DNA of 64,000 nucleotides from Escherichia coli O127:H6 str. E2348/69 (GCF_000026545.1 NC_011601.1), one strand, 5' to 3'; positions 45,571 to 57,615 are shown, counted from the stretch's first letter. Notes: generated by a model from the sequence alone, not told the origin. Numbers and translations: made by a program.

Positions 45571-46737
45571 TTAAACATCTTCCTTTCTAGCGCATATAGT
45601 TTTTATAACCACTAAATATGAAAATATAAGCGGCAATATGAAAAATATCATATTTACAAAATTATTATACATCATCGCAAATATGCAGGCCATAATGACA
45701 AATGGTTGAAAAACAAATGCAAAAGGAGACGTATTTCGCTGTAAATATATTAATTGAATTATGAACCCAACCAAATAGGCATATATTACGCTGAATATAC
45801 CCAATGAAACATAAGCACTTCCTACAAAACCTATAGGTGAGGTAACATCTGGAAACTCCAAGCTAATTGGTGACGCTGGAATGATTTTTTGAGGTAAAAA
45901 CCAATTGAAGAAATAAAACACATCCTGTATATTATTTTGAATAACATAGTTAAAATTAACAACAGGTGAACCGAAATAAAAACCGCCAACAAATCTAAAT
46001 AAAAAATCAAAACTCAATGATAAATTTTGTTCAGGATTTCGAATTATGCGCGTAAATGAAAATAAAAAAATGACTACACCTCCTATTATAACTCCTTTAT
46101 TAATAGATATTCTCCGTCTGGAAAATAGCATCAAAGCTAATAAAACATATAATAAAGATTGCAATTTCGCATAACTAATAAATTTGATTATTATAACCAA
46201 TATACTTATAAAAACAATAGCTCGATTATCTTTTATCAAACGAGATATACCATACATAATAATACCAAAATAGCCCAACATTACAGATATTCCATGTATT
46301 CCCAGCGGAGATGAAGCAATCTGAGACTCTATTGTTTGAGCAGAGACACCACCGCTAATATATATATTATATATATTAGCTTCGTGCATGTAATACTGGG
46401 TTACAATTAAACTTATTACATTTGAATAAAAAACAAACTTTAATAACCCATTATAAAAAGAAAAGTTGTATAAGTAGTGGCTTCTATGGTTGCTATGTTT
46501 TTGATAATTAAATAAATACGCAAAAAAAGCCCCAAAAAGAAAAAACAAATAAAAAACTAAAGATATAAAAAACACCGTATAATCAGGTTTTTGATTAAAT
46601 ATAAAGAATGAATTCCATTCTTCTTCACTGGTATATAATTGAAAAAAAGTGTTTAAAACGATTGACATTAAAATTAATATAACGGGATTAAAGAAACGTC
46701 TAAAATCATTACTTTTTGGAATTGTTATCTGCATCAT
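45571..46737 (-). CDS. wzy: O-antigen polymerase Wzy
   Basis: 388-aa highly hydrophobic, AT-rich ORF with roughly 10-12 predicted TM segments and no conserved soluble domain, typical of Wzy; adjacent to wzx. Confidence 0.7.
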   Translation of the reverse strand: MMQITIPKSNDFRRFFNPVILILMSIVLNTFFQLYTSEEEWNSFFIFNQKPDYTVFFISLVFYLFFLFGAFFAYLFNYQKHSNHRSHYLYNFSFYNGLLKFVFYSNVISLIVTQYYMHEANIYNIYISGGVSAQTIESQIASSPLGIHGISVMLGYFGIIMYGISRLIKDNRAIVFISILVIIIKFISYAKLQSLLYVLLALMLFSRRRISINKGVIIGGVVIFLFSFTRIIRNPEQNLSLSFDFLFRFVGGFYFGSPVVNFNYVIQNNIQDVFYFFNWFLPQKIIPASPISLEFPDVTSPIGFVGSAYVSLGIFSVIYAYLVGFIIQLIYLQRNTSPFAFVFQPFVIMACIFAMMYNNFVNMIFFILPLIFSYLVVIKTICARKEDV

Positions 46738-46744
46738 CTTAATC

Positions 46745-47398
46745 TTATTCCGAGTCTGGATATTTAAATTCTGAAAGAATCAGTTCTAGTTCTTCATAAT
46801 CTTTTTCCCACCATTTCATTTTTTCCAACTTATTTCTTGTATCATCATTAAAACGATAATAAAGTACTTTACAAGGAACCCCTGCAGCAACAGCATAAGG
46901 AGGTATATTCTTAGTAACAACTGAGCCAGCCCCAATAATAGCGCCATTACCTACAGTTACTCCATCCAATATAACCGTATTCGCACCCAAACATACATCA
47001 TGACCAATCATAATTCTTTTGGTTTCTTCAAATGTATGCGAATCCGGAGGTGGACAGCTTTTAGAAAGCCAATGTATTGAATTTTTCCCATAACAGAATG
47101 GATGCGTCGATATATATTCCGACACAGGATGTTTACCTAATCCCATTTTCACACTTTCTGCAATAGAACAATACCGACCGATTGACGTGTTCAATATTGT
47201 ACAATTCCTCTGAATATAAGTATGACGTCCAATATTTGAATTATAAAGCAATGTATTGTTATACACTTTTATATTCTCCTCAAATGTTACATGCCTTATT
47301 CTCGCTCCGGGATAAACACTAACGCCTTGAAAACATAGAATAATGTTTTTAATTAAATAGCATATAGGTAACAGTATATATTCTTTTATTATATTCAT
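46745..47398 (-). CDS. hexapeptide-repeat O-acetyltransferase (WbbJ/LacA-like)
   Basis: Left-handed beta-helix repeats (…IGHDVCLGANTVILDGVTVGNGAIIGAGSVVTKNIPPYAVAAGVPCKVL…); start placed at MNIIKEY (ATGA overlap with the wzx stop). Confidence 0.75.
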   Translation of the reverse strand: MNIIKEYILLPICYLIKNIILCFQGVSVYPGARIRHVTFEENIKVYNNTLLYNSNIGRHTYIQRNCTILNTSIGRYCSIAESVKMGLGKHPVSEYISTHPFCYGKNSIHWLSKSCPPPDSHTFEETKRIMIGHDVCLGANTVILDGVTVGNGAIIGAGSVVTKNIPPYAVAAGVPCKVLYYRFNDDTRNKLEKMKWWEKDYEELELILSEFKYPDSE

Positions 47399-48666
47399 CT
47401 TGCTCTCATTAATAAAAATATTCCGCCAATTGAAAAAGATATACTTGCATATGCTATCCACATCATGCCGCCAATTGAAATAGAGTTATTTCCTTTCATG
47501 AAATGGAATAAAATAAACATGCTTAATGCAGAAATAATATTACTGAACAGTATAATTCCCCCTGCGTTTAATCGAACAAGGTTTGTATAGATAAATGTAT
47601 ATGGTATATTTATTAAAACTGAGAGGCAAATAAGAGCTAAAGCCCCCCCTCCATGATTAGCTATATAATGATTTCTTGTCCATAAATATAAAATATCAGA
47701 TGAAAATATTATTGTCAGACCAATAGGGAAAGCTAATACCAATAGCATAATTATCATTTTTTTTAACGATAGAACATTAAATATACTCTTTTCCCCTTGT
47801 GATGATAAAGCTGGTAACAATGACTTCATCAAAGGATATTGTAGCTGTAAAAAAGATAATCCCAGTTGTGCAACAATAACATATACTCCATATAACTGTG
47901 TTTCCACGTAGTGTGATAATAATATTTTATCTAACTGTGAAACAAACACACCAACAATCACACCAAATGAAAATATATAGTTCTCTTTAACCAAATCAAT
48001 TAATTGAATCAATATATTATTATCTATTAAGCCTTTAAGATCTATATTATTGCGAGTAATCCATAAAAAATTAAAAATAAATTCTATACAGGTAACCACT
48101 GCGAAGGAAACTATATATACTATAGGTTCTGGATTTACCATCAATGAAATCAGCGCGACACAATGTTTACATGAAAAAAAACACACTTGGCTTAAATTAG
48201 TATTAAATTGCTTTTGAGTACCATTCCAAAAACCTATATTGAGATTATTTGCAAATTGAAATAGGAATTGAATTGCAAGCAATCTTATACAAAACTCTAA
48301 CTCCCTACTGCTATGCCCTGCATTAAACCATCTAAATGCCAACCAACCAGCCGAACTGGTTAGAAAAACCGCCCCAACAAAAGCAACAGCAATATATATC
48401 CAAAAATATGCAAAAAATATGTTTTCTGGCGTATTCGTTTTAGCAATATCGCGAGGCATAATCTGCGAACACCCAGCATCCAGAATAAGTAACATAGCCT
48501 GGATACTTAAACAAGCAGAGACGATACCCCATCCATGGGGACCTAGTAGCTTGATATAAAAGGGTATAAGGACTATTATCCCCCCCCCCATCCAAATCAT
48601 ACCAATGTAATTAAACATTGTGTTTCGTAAGAATATATTATTTTTAAAAGAGGATATTATTGACAT
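47395..48666 (-). CDS. wzx: O-antigen flippase Wzx (MOP superfamily)
   Basis: 423-aa polytopic membrane protein with Wzx-like N-terminus; contains a G10 tract at codons 25-28 (plus 48580-48589). Confidence 0.75.
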   Translation of the reverse strand: MSIISSFKNNIFLRNTMFNYIGMIWMGGGIIVLIPFYIKLLGPHGWGIVSACLSIQAMLLILDAGCSQIMPRDIAKTNTPENIFFAYFWIYIAVAFVGAVFLTSSAGWLAFRWFNAGHSSRELEFCIRLLAIQFLFQFANNLNIGFWNGTQKQFNTNLSQVCFFSCKHCVALISLMVNPEPIVYIVSFAVVTCIEFIFNFLWITRNNIDLKGLIDNNILIQLIDLVKENYIFSFGVIVGVFVSQLDKILLSHYVETQLYGVYVIVAQLGLSFLQLQYPLMKSLLPALSSQGEKSIFNVLSLKKMIIMLLVLAFPIGLTIIFSSDILYLWTRNHYIANHGGGALALICLSVLINIPYTFIYTNLVRLNAGGIILFSNIISALSMFILFHFMKGNNSISIGGMMWIAYASISFSIGGIFLLMRAR

Positions 48667-48678
48667 ATAGATGTTTTT

Positions 48679-50052
48679 TTATTTTTCTTTTAATAAATTA
48701 ATAATAATTGCCGTATTATTTTCCATCACGAGCTGATCACCTCTTGATTCAACGTTCAAACGCACAACAGGTTCGGTGTTGGAGGAGCGCAGGTTAAAGC
48801 GCCAGTTGGCAAAGGCCATACTGATGCCATCGGTGCGATCCACCGCCAGCGCCTCACGGCTAAAATGCTGTTCCACGCGGTTAATCGCCTCAACGGGGTG
48901 CGTGAGTTTGCTGTTGATCTCACCACTTGCCGGAAAAGCCGCCATCCGGTCGCGCACCAGTTCGCCCAGCGTTTTCCCTTTCAGGCACACCAGTTCGGCG
49001 ACCAGCAGCCACGGGATCATGCCGCTGTCGCAGTAAGCGAAATCACGGAAGTAATGGTGGGCGCTCATTTCGCCACCGTAGATAGCGTCTTCCTTACGCA
49101 TACGTTCTTTAATAAAGGCGTGTCCGGTTTTCGACATTATTGGCGTACCGCCTGCGGCAGTCACCACATCAACGGTGTTCCAGGAGAGACGTGGATCGTG
49201 GATGATCTTCGCGCCGGGATTTTTTTCGAGGAACGCCTCTGCCAGCAAACCGACAATGTAGTAACCCTCAATAAACTGCCCTTTTTCGTCAAACAGGAAA
49301 CAGCGGTCAAAATCGCCATCAAAAGCAATGCCCATATCCGCGCCGTGTTTAATGACCGCATTGCGGGTGTCGTCGCGACATTCCGGCAGTAGCGGGTTAG
49401 GAATACCGTTGGGGAAATTGCCGTCCGGCGTGTTATGCACTTTGATTAACTCCACCGGTGCGCCGAGGGCTTTAAAGCGGGCTTCAATGGCGTCCACCAC
49501 CGGACCCGCCGCGCCGTTCCCGGAGTTAATCACCAGCTTGAGCGGCGTGAGGTTTTTGACGTTGATATAACCGAACAGGTGATCAACGTAAGCTTCACGC
49601 AGATTGATTTGCTGATAGCGACCGCGTTTGGTTTCATCGACGGGAGGGAAGTCGTTGGCTTCTGCCAGACGCTGGACATCGCGCAGTCCGGTATCACCGC
49701 TGATCGGGCGAGCCCCCTCGCGCACCAGCTTCATGCCGTTGTAATCCATCGGGTTATGGCTGGCAGTAACTTCGATGCCGCCATCCACGCCGAGATGGAA
49801 CGTAGCGAAATAGATCTCTTCGGTGCCGGACATGCCGATATCCAGCACATCGACGCCCGCATCCTGTAAACCTTTCGCCAGCGCCAGTTTTAAGGTTTCG
49901 CTGGTGAGGCGGACATCACCACCTAAAACAATAGTTTTCGGTTTGAGAAATTCGCCATAGGCACGCCCAATACGCCAGGCAATATCTTCATTCAGTTCTT
50001 CGCCTAATTTTCCGCGAATATCGTAGGCTTTAAAGCAGGTTAATTTTTTCAT
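48679..50052 (-). CDS. manB: phosphomannomutase ManB (457 aa)
   Basis: Phosphohexomutase active-site motif TASHNP and Mg-binding FDGDFDR. Confidence 0.9.
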   Translation of the reverse strand: MKKLTCFKAYDIRGKLGEELNEDIAWRIGRAYGEFLKPKTIVLGGDVRLTSETLKLALAKGLQDAGVDVLDIGMSGTEEIYFATFHLGVDGGIEVTASHNPMDYNGMKLVREGARPISGDTGLRDVQRLAEANDFPPVDETKRGRYQQINLREAYVDHLFGYINVKNLTPLKLVINSGNGAAGPVVDAIEARFKALGAPVELIKVHNTPDGNFPNGIPNPLLPECRDDTRNAVIKHGADMGIAFDGDFDRCFLFDEKGQFIEGYYIVGLLAEAFLEKNPGAKIIHDPRLSWNTVDVVTAAGGTPIMSKTGHAFIKERMRKEDAIYGGEMSAHHYFRDFAYCDSGMIPWLLVAELVCLKGKTLGELVRDRMAAFPASGEINSKLTHPVEAINRVEQHFSREALAVDRTDGISMAFANWRFNLRSSNTEPVVRLNVESRGDQLVMENNTAIIINLLKEK

Positions 50053-50055
50053 TTA

Positions 50056-51513
50056 TTAGTCATCTATTTTGTAACGTTCTTTTTGACGAACAATATCATC
50101 CTCACCTAAATAATCTCCTGAACTAACTTCAATAAGATTGAGAGGAATTATACCTGGATTTTCAAGGCTATAAGTAGCACCCAGAGGAATATAAACGGAT
50201 TCATTAGCAGTAACTAAGAAAGTTTTATTATTTAACGTTACTTTTGCTGTACCTGAAAGGACAATCCAATGCTCTGAACGATGATGATGCATACGTAAGG
50301 ATAGCCCTTCCCCTGGTTTAACGACAATCTTTTTGACCTTATATCGATCTCCCTGTTCTATAGCATCAAACTTTCCCCAAGGACGAAATTCCTCGCGATG
50401 TGATAGATATTCAGAACGTTCTTGCATTTTAAGCATTTGAACAATTTTCTTAACATCCTGAACTTCGGATTTTTTTGAAACTAGAATTGCATCTTTCGTC
50501 TGAACAATAACAATATCCTCCACACCTACAGCGGCTACTAAGGCTGACTCCGAATGAATATAATTATTTTTTGTATTATAAGTCAGGATATCACCTTTGC
50601 AAACGTCCCCTGTAGGAGTTTTATCACTAACGTCCCACAATGATTGCCAAGATCCAACATCGTTCCAACCAATATCAACGGGATAGACTATACAACGCTT
50701 TGTTTTTTCCATTACTGCAAAATCAATTGATTCCGATGGACAATTTTGAAAAACATCTTTCGAAAGTCGTATAAAATCAAGATCATGGTAGGACGAAGAA
50801 ACTGTTTTTTCACATATATCGTATATATCAGGTCTGTATTTTTTTAACTCCTCTAAATATACTGATGCTTTGAACATAAACATCCCACTATTCCAGAGAT
50901 ATTTACCTGAGGAGATATACTCTTCAGCCCTTGAGCGATTAGGTTTTTCAACAAATTGTTCCACGTGATAGAATGTATTACCAACTCCACGTTGTGATTC
51001 TTTAACTATACTCCCTTTTTCTATATAACCGTAACCAGTTTCTGCATAATCAGGAATAATACCAAATGTTAAAATATTTCCTTGTTCAACAATTGAAATG
51101 GAATTTTTAATAGCATTACAAAAAACATCTGTTTTGTTTATAACATGGTCAGCTGCAAGAACTAAAAGTATAGGATCTTGTTGTTCATTACGCTTTAAGG
51201 CTGTAAATGCTGAAAGTGCTATAGCTGGTGCAGTATTTCTTCCACATGGTTCAAGAATAATGTTATCGCTTAATTGGTTTATTTGACGCAATTGTTCTGC
51301 GACCACAAAACGATGCTGCTCGTTAGTTATTACTAATGGAGTTTCGCAAGAAAGCGGGGATAGTCGTAATAAAGTTGACTGTAATAAAGTATTCTCACCT
51401 GATAATTGCAGAAATTGCTTCGGATAGTGCTCTCTTGAGAGGGGCCAAAGACGGCTACCCGTACCACCAGCCATTACAACAGCAATCAACGGTACATCAG
51501 ACATTTTTGACAT
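50056..51513 (-). CDS. manC: mannose-1-phosphate guanylyltransferase ManC (bifunctional GMP/PMI type)
   Basis: N-terminal nucleotidyltransferase motif [16 protein letters not shown] and C-terminal cupin domain; start could be 51513 or 51504. Confidence 0.9.
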   Translation of the reverse strand: MSKMSDVPLIAVVMAGGTGSRLWPLSREHYPKQFLQLSGENTLLQSTLLRLSPLSCETPLVITNEQHRFVVAEQLRQINQLSDNIILEPCGRNTAPAIALSAFTALKRNEQQDPILLVLAADHVINKTDVFCNAIKNSISIVEQGNILTFGIIPDYAETGYGYIEKGSIVKESQRGVGNTFYHVEQFVEKPNRSRAEEYISSGKYLWNSGMFMFKASVYLEELKKYRPDIYDICEKTVSSSYHDLDFIRLSKDVFQNCPSESIDFAVMEKTKRCIVYPVDIGWNDVGSWQSLWDVSDKTPTGDVCKGDILTYNTKNNYIHSESALVAAVGVEDIVIVQTKDAILVSKKSEVQDVKKIVQMLKMQERSEYLSHREEFRPWGKFDAIEQGDRYKVKKIVVKPGEGLSLRMHHHRSEHWIVLSGTAKVTLNNKTFLVTANESVYIPLGATYSLENPGIIPLNLIEVSSGDYLGEDDIVRQKERYKIDD

Positions 51514-52000
51514 CCTTTTTATCTAAACCAATAACAGCACTTGGATCATGATTAAAATAAGCTCGGCTGTTAGCGTGAACATTGTTACTGGCGAGCAGCG
51601 CGTCCGGCGTCAGCCAGCGGTAATCGTCATGCTGCTCATCCGGCAGTAACAGCTCTTCTTCCGCTACCCTGAAGCGAAAACCGAGCACCACATAGTGAGT
51701 GGTGAAATCCGTGCCGGAGAAGTTGTCGTCATAAAAGTGCTGCCAGACACCGTAAAACTGGCCTGCTGTTATCTGCAGACGCAGCCCCAGTTCCGCCATC
51801 GTCAGCCGCTCAAATGCGGCTTCCAGCGTTTCGTCTTTCTGCACGCGCCCTCCCGGCACAAACCAGTAACCCTGCGCCGGGCGGTTGGTTCTTTTGCCAA
51901 GCAGAAACTCGCCGCGACTGTTCTCGACAATAAAGTCGAGAGAGACAAGCGGAGTGGAGCGCACTACCGTGGCAAAGTCTTCCTGACGTAAAAACATCAT
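51497..52000 (-). CDS. gmm: GDP-mannose mannosyl hydrolase Gmm (Nudix)
   Basis: Nudix box region [23 protein letters not shown]; position between fcl and manC. Confidence 0.85.
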   Translation of the reverse strand: MMFLRQEDFATVVRSTPLVSLDFIVENSRGEFLLGKRTNRPAQGYWFVPGGRVQKDETLEAAFERLTMAELGLRLQITAGQFYGVWQHFYDDNFSGTDFTTHYVVLGFRFRVAEEELLLPDEQHDDYRWLTPDALLASNNVHANSRAYFNHDPSAVIGLDKKDVKNV

Positions 52001-52965
52001 TACCCCCGAAAGCGGTCTTGATTCTCAAGGAACCACTGGTAAGTGCTGGCAAGCCCCGCTTCCAGTGAGATTTCGTGATACCAGCCAAGCTGATGCAGGC
52101 GCGTCACATCCAGCAGTTTGCGCGGCGTACCATCCGGTTTACTGGCATCAAAAACCACCCGACCTTTGTAACCCACCACTTTGGCGATGGTTTGCGCCAG
52201 TTCACGGATGGTGCAGTCAACGCCCGTGCCGACGTTAATGTGCGACAACATCGGCTGGGTGTTTTCCAGCCAGACTTCGTGCGCCAACTCCATCACATGA
52301 ATGCTTGCCGCCGCCATATCATCGACGTGCAGAAATTCGCGCATCGGTGTACCGCTGCCCCACACCACCACGTCCGGTGCATTCTGTGCCGTCGCCTCGT
52401 GGAAGCGACGCAGCAATGCAGGTATCACATGGGAGTTACTCGGGTGGAAGTTGTCATGCGGCCCGTACAGGTTGGTCGGCATGACTGAGCGGTAATCGCG
52501 TCCGTACTGGCGATTGTAAGATTCGCACAGTTTGATCCCGGCGATTTTGGCAATAGCATAAGGCTCGTTAGTCGGCTCCAGCGTGCCCTTCAACAGCTCG
52601 CTTTCTGCCATCGGCTGTTTTGCCAGTTTCGGGTAGATACAGGACGATCCAAGAAACAGCAGTTTGTTCACGTCGTTCTGATGCGCGGCGTGAATGATGT
52701 TGCTCTCAATCATCATGTTCTGGTAGATGAAATCCGCCGGATAGGTGTTGTTGGCAACAATGCCGCCCACTTTCGCCGCCGCCAGATAGACCTGGTCAAT
52801 GCGTTCGCTGGCAAAGAAATCATGCACCGCGCGGCTGTCCAGCAGGTTCAGCTCGTCGCGGGTGCGTAATACCAGTTCCACATCACCGCGCTGTTCGAGC
52901 TGCCGCCTGATGGCAGAACCGACCATTCCGCGATGGCCAGCGATAAAAATGCGTTGTCTACTCAT
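52000..52965 (-). CDS. fcl: GDP-L-fucose synthase Fcl (321 aa)
   Basis: [23 protein letters not shown]; 321 aa SDR-family epimerase/reductase. Confidence 0.95.
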   Translation of the reverse strand: MSRQRIFIAGHRGMVGSAIRRQLEQRGDVELVLRTRDELNLLDSRAVHDFFASERIDQVYLAAAKVGGIVANNTYPADFIYQNMMIESNIIHAAHQNDVNKLLFLGSSCIYPKLAKQPMAESELLKGTLEPTNEPYAIAKIAGIKLCESYNRQYGRDYRSVMPTNLYGPHDNFHPSNSHVIPALLRRFHEATAQNAPDVVVWGSGTPMREFLHVDDMAAASIHVMELAHEVWLENTQPMLSHINVGTGVDCTIRELAQTIAKVVGYKGRVVFDASKPDGTPRKLLDVTRLHQLGWYHEISLEAGLASTYQWFLENQDRFRG

Positions 52966-52967
52966 GC

Positions 52968-54089
52968 TTATGACTCCAGCGCGATCGCCACGTCGTAGCC
53001 GTGAGATTTCAGCAGAGAGTGTTTTTTCGCCGCTTCGAGGTCATTAGCCACCATTTCAGACACCATCTCTCTGAGGGTGATTTCCGGTTTCCAGCCCAGT
53101 TTTTCGTGCGCTTTGGTCGGGTCGCCGAGCAGCGTTTCAACTTCAGCCGGACGGAAGTAGCGCGGATCAACCTTAACGATTACATCTCCAGGTTTAACTG
53201 CTGGAGCATCCTCACCATTAACAGAAACCACTATCCCCTTCTCATCTACACCTGTGCCTTCAAAACGCAGTTTGATTCCGACTCGCTCCGCCGCCATTTC
53301 CACGAACTGACGCACGGAGTACTGAACGCCGGTCGCGATGACGAAATCTTCCGGCTGTTCCTGTTGCAGCATCATCCACTGCATTTTTACGTAGTCTTTG
53401 GCATGGCCCCAGTCACGCAGGGAATCCATATTGCCGAGGTACAGGCACGATTCCAGCCCCTGGGCGATGTTTGCGATTGCGCGGGTGATTTTGCGGGTAA
53501 CGAAGGTTTCGCCGCGGCGCGGGGATTCATGGTTGAAGAGAATACCGTTACAGGCGTACATGCCGTAGGATTCGCGGTAGTTAACGGTGATCCAGTAGGC
53601 ATACAGTTTGGCGACCGCATACGGAGAGCGTGGGTAGAACGGCGTGGTTTCTTTCTGCGGAATTTCCTGCACCAGACCGTACAGTTCAGAAGTGGAAGCC
53701 TGATAAAAACGGGTTTTCTTTTCCAGACCGAGGAAGCGGATCGCCTCCAGCAGGCGCAGCGTACCCATCGCATCGACGTCAGCGGTATATTCCGGTGACT
53801 CAAAAGAAACCGCAACGTGACTCATTGCGCCCAGGTTGTACACTTCATCCGGCTGCACTTCACACAAAATGCGCGTCAGGTTGGAGGTATCTGTCAGATC
53901 GCCATAATGCAGATGGAATTTCGGGTTGCAGGTGTGCGGATCCTGATAAATGTGATCCACGCGCTCGGTGTTGAATGACGATGCACGACGCTTAATACCA
54001 TGCACCTCGTAACCTTTTTCCAGCAGAAACTCTGCCAGGTAAGAACCGTCTTGTCCGGTTATGCCAGTAATGAGAGCGACTTTAGCCAT
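52968..54089 (-). CDS. gmd: GDP-mannose 4,6-dehydratase Gmd (373 aa)
   Basis: Start placed at [31 protein letters not shown] (plus 54087-54089 = cat). Confidence 0.95.
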   Translation of the reverse strand: MAKVALITGITGQDGSYLAEFLLEKGYEVHGIKRRASSFNTERVDHIYQDPHTCNPKFHLHYGDLTDTSNLTRILCEVQPDEVYNLGAMSHVAVSFESPEYTADVDAMGTLRLLEAIRFLGLEKKTRFYQASTSELYGLVQEIPQKETTPFYPRSPYAVAKLYAYWITVNYRESYGMYACNGILFNHESPRRGETFVTRKITRAIANIAQGLESCLYLGNMDSLRDWGHAKDYVKMQWMMLQQEQPEDFVIATGVQYSVRQFVEMAAERVGIKLRFEGTGVDEKGIVVSVNGEDAPAVKPGDVIVKVDPRYFRPAEVETLLGDPTKAHEKLGWKPEITLREMVSEMVANDLEAAKKHSLLKSHGYDVAIALES

Positions 54090-54115
54090 TTTACATTTCC
54101 TGTTCTTAAAAATAC

Positions 54116-55132
54116 TCAACCTAAAATAATGCTTTTATATGCTGAAGCATAGTTCTCGATAACAAATTTCCCGGAGGCACGAATTGCCTGTTCCCGATAA
54201 TTTTCATAGTCATCGAATATTTTATCCAATTTATATCCAATGTCGTCTTCAGTATTTTCCACAAGTAACCCATTACCCTCAATTAATTCAAAACATCCGC
54301 CCACATCACTTAACAGGAGTGGTATTGCAGCTGTGTGAGCCTCAAGGCCTGACATAGGCAAACCTTCACTATCGGATATCAGTGAAAATAAATCATACTC
54401 ATGATAGTTATAAAAATTATTGACCTCACCCAAAAAATGAATATTTTCACATTCACTGAATTGTTTCTTCAATGATTCTAACCTTTCCCCCCCTCCTACG
54501 ATATGGAGGCTATACTGGGGCTTTTTCGATATTACATTCGCTAACAACTCGGGGCGCTTAGGGTGTGTTAACCTACCAACAAACAGAACCTTATACTGGA
54601 GTTGTTTATTATTACATCTCGGCATCTGAGGCACTGAATTCGATACTGTGATTATCTTTGGTTCTTTTATACCAATATTCTCAATTGCCTTTTTTTCATC
54701 ACTTTTGGAAACACACCATATAACATCAGTTAATAAAGAAAGGTATTTTTCCACAATGCAAAAAATTGATTTTAGGCGACCACCATTATATAAACAAGAC
54801 CATCCATGCGAAACATAAATACATTTAAAGTCGACTAGTAATCGAACTAACCTGGCATAAACTCCGGCATTAGCAGAACTTGCTATTAACGTTGAAATGT
54901 TATTTTCTTTTAAAATTTTTCTCAATTTAAACAATGTAAGGAAGTCAAAATATTTTTTAATACCTGGTATGACAAAAACTCCGGCAAAGACATCTTTATG
55001 TGTGAGCCATCCTTCTTCAGATGTAATAAGAAATATATTACATTCCTCTTTAATAAGGTTAGATATTTCATTTACCCATGTTTGTGCACCACCAATTTCT
55101 GATTTTGTAACAATAAAACCAACATTTTTCAT
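54116..55132 (-). CDS. glycosyltransferase family 1 (GT4-type, O-antigen)
   Basis: C-terminal GT-B motif (…[21 protein letters not shown]…); 338 aa. Confidence 0.75.
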   Translation of the reverse strand: MKNVGFIVTKSEIGGAQTWVNEISNLIKEECNIFLITSEEGWLTHKDVFAGVFVIPGIKKYFDFLTLFKLRKILKENNISTLIASSANAGVYARLVRLLVDFKCIYVSHGWSCLYNGGRLKSIFCIVEKYLSLLTDVIWCVSKSDEKKAIENIGIKEPKIITVSNSVPQMPRCNNKQLQYKVLFVGRLTHPKRPELLANVISKKPQYSLHIVGGGERLESLKKQFSECENIHFLGEVNNFYNYHEYDLFSLISDSEGLPMSGLEAHTAAIPLLLSDVGGCFELIEGNGLLVENTEDDIGYKLDKIFDDYENYREQAIRASGKFVIENYASAYKSIILG

Positions 55133-55150
55133 ATATCAAAATTCCAAAAA

Positions 55151-56170
55151 TTATTTTTTATATCCATTTGGATTGTTTGTTTGCCAACGCCATACATCTT
55201 CGATCATTTCTTTCAATTTTTTTTCCGCTTTCCAGGAAAGCTTTTTATGTGCTAAATCAGCAGACGCCCATGACTCCGCAACATCCCCCTCACGTCTATT
55301 ACAAATAGCAACAGGTATACTCTTTTTAGTGACTATCTCAAACATTTTTACAATCTCTAAAACAGAATAACCTTGACCAGTGCCTAAATTAAAAGCTTCA
55401 TAATTGACATCATTTAAAAACATATATTCTAATGCTTTAACATGCCCTTTAGCCAAATCACAGACATGTATATAGTCTCTTACTCCTGTACCATCTTTAG
55501 TTGGATAATCGTTGCCATAAATATTTAATACAGGAAGTTGATTTTGTGCAACTTTAGATATATAAGGAACCAGATTATTAGGAATCCCGTTAGGATTTTC
55601 ACCAATCATCCCGGACTTATGTGCTCCGATTGGATTAAAGTAACGCAGTGCAATTACTGATTTATTATTATCACTATCACAATAATCACTCAAAATTATT
55701 TCTATTATAAATTTCGATGTCCCATATGGGTTTGTAGTTTCACCAATTCGTCTATCTTCCGTATGGGGAGGGATACTGTTATTCCCATAAACAGTAGCAG
55801 AAGAGCTAAATATCATTTTATTAATGTTATATCTCTTCATGCATTCAAGTAATACTAAAGTTCCACCAACATTATTAGAATAATACTCTAAGGGCTTTAA
55901 CTTAGACTCACCTACAGATTTTAACGATGCAAAGTGAATTACAGCATCGATATGGTGTCTTGAAAAAATCTCATCAAGTAGATTTTTATCACGGATATCA
56001 CCTTGATAAGAAATAATTTTCTTATTAGTTATTTGCTCTACTCTTTTTAATGATTCTATAGAGGAATTGACAAAATTATCTATCGAAACGACATCATGAC
56101 CATTATTAAGTAACTCAAGTATGGTATGGGATCCAATATATCCTGCACCGCCTGTTACGAAAATCACCAT
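55151..56170 (-). CDS. gne: UDP-GlcNAc/UDP-Glc 4-epimerase (GalE family; Gne-type, 339 aa)
   Basis: Start placed at MVIFVTGGAGYIGSH with an AGGAGG RBS 7 nt upstream; first gene of the O-antigen cluster after galF. Confidence 0.8.
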   Translation of the reverse strand: MVIFVTGGAGYIGSHTILELLNNGHDVVSIDNFVNSSIESLKRVEQITNKKIISYQGDIRDKNLLDEIFSRHHIDAVIHFASLKSVGESKLKPLEYYSNNVGGTLVLLECMKRYNINKMIFSSSATVYGNNSIPPHTEDRRIGETTNPYGTSKFIIEIILSDYCDSDNNKSVIALRYFNPIGAHKSGMIGENPNGIPNNLVPYISKVAQNQLPVLNIYGNDYPTKDGTGVRDYIHVCDLAKGHVKALEYMFLNDVNYEAFNLGTGQGYSVLEIVKMFEIVTKKSIPVAICNRREGDVAESWASADLAHKKLSWKAEKKLKEMIEDVWRWQTNNPNGYKK

Positions 56171-56208
56171 ATAAACCTCCTTTACCATGAGGATTGAGAG
56201 AAAAACAC

Positions 56209-56219
56209 ACGCTACCGCC
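56209..56219 (-). promoter_or_regulatory. ops element GGCGGTAGCGT (RfaH-dependent antitermination; JUMPstart region)
   Basis: Plus ACGCTACCGCC at 56209-56219 is GGCGGTAGCGT on the minus strand, in the galF-gne intergenic leader of the O-antigen operon. Confidence 0.8.
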
Positions 56220-56479
56220 CTTGGCTTAACAGTTACCAACTCACTGAAAATGAATCATAGGTACTAAGCATTTAATACTTTTCACTATTTTCCAATTGTC
56301 TAACCAAACGAAGTCAGATACAAGGAAAATCTATGTCCGAGCGATACTTGCGGTAACTTATTGTTATTAAATACTTTAAATAAAAGACAGGAACATTCTT
56401 ATAATGTAAGCATCTCTGCTTTTGAATGTTCACTGCCGTTCTATTTTTATTCAATCCACCATATATGGATGATTAATTT

Positions 56480-57373
56480 TTATTCGCTTAACAGCTTCTC
56501 AATCCCTTTACGGAACTTCGCCCCTTCTTTCAGGTTGCGTAGTCCATACTTCACAAACGCCTGCATATAACCCATTTTTTTACCGCAGTCGTAGCTGTCG
56601 CCGGTCATCAGCATGGCATCAACGGACTGTTTTTTCGCCAGCTCGGCAATGGCATCAGTCAGCTGAATACGTCCCCATGCACCAGGCTGAGTACGTTCAA
56701 GTTCCGGCCAAATATCGGCAGAAAGCACATAGCGACCAACGGCCATGATGTCTGAGTCCAGCGTCTGCGGCTGATCCGGCTTTTCGATGAATTCAACAAT
56801 GCGGCTGACTTTACCTTCACGATCCAGTGGTTCTTTTGTCTGAATGACTGAGTATTCAGAGAGCTCACCCGGCATACGTTTTGCCAGCACCTGGCTGCGT
56901 CCCGTTTCATTGAAGCGCGCAATCATGGCAGCAAGGTTGTAGCGTAGCGGGTCGGCGCTGGCGTCGTCGATCACAACGTCTGGCAGCACCACGACAAATG
57001 GATTGTCACCAATGGCAGGTCGCGCACATAAAATGGAGTGGCCTAAACCTAAAGGTTCACCCTGACGCACGTTCATAATGGTCACGCCCGGCGGACAGAT
57101 AGATTGTACTTCCGCCAGTAGTTGACGCTTCACGCGCTGTTCAAGGAGAGATTCTAATTCATAAGAGGTGTCGAAGTGGTTTTCGACCGCGTTCTTGGAC
57201 GCATGAGTTACCAGGAGGATTTCTTTGATCCCTGCAGCCACAATCTCGTCAACAATGTACTGAATCATTGGCTTGTCGACGATCGGTAGCATCTCTTTGG
57301 GTATCGCCTTAGTGGCAGGCAACATATGCATCCCAAGACCCGCTACCGGTATAACTGCTTTTAAATTCGTCAT
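56480..57373 (-). CDS. galF: UTP--glucose-1-phosphate uridylyltransferase paralog GalF (297 aa)
   Basis: [43 protein letters not shown]; 297 aa. Confidence 0.95.
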   Translation of the reverse strand: MTNLKAVIPVAGLGMHMLPATKAIPKEMLPIVDKPMIQYIVDEIVAAGIKEILLVTHASKNAVENHFDTSYELESLLEQRVKRQLLAEVQSICPPGVTIMNVRQGEPLGLGHSILCARPAIGDNPFVVVLPDVVIDDASADPLRYNLAAMIARFNETGRSQVLAKRMPGELSEYSVIQTKEPLDREGKVSRIVEFIEKPDQPQTLDSDIMAVGRYVLSADIWPELERTQPGAWGRIQLTDAIAELAKKQSVDAMLMTGDSYDCGKKMGYMQAFVKYGLRNLKEGAKFRKGIEKLLSE

Positions 57374-57615
57374 TATTTTCCTACCTCTAAGTGGCTGATA
57401 GTGCGTAAATTATTGCCATAGGTTAGCCAAACGGTATGGCTATATACCATAGCTTAGTTCCGCATAACTTTGATTAAACCTTACGATAACACTACACACC
57501 ATCAGCATCTGGGTTACTCGGATTACTCGGAAATCCACATACTGATAATTTAATCAGTACCTCTTTCCGAATAATCGTAGTCCAACCTGGTCCTTTTTTC
57601 TCTGACTCGTCTGCA

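Noticed and set aside
53001..53798. 265-aa plus-strand ORF, plus similar long antisense ORFs at 16854..17648, 61661..62326, 62815..63300, 48865..49392 and 33443..33907
   Set aside because: All overlap well-supported genes on the opposite strand (gmd, pduO, wcaK, wzxC, manB, hisG/hisD); low-complexity translations with no recognisable domains; treated as frame shadows.
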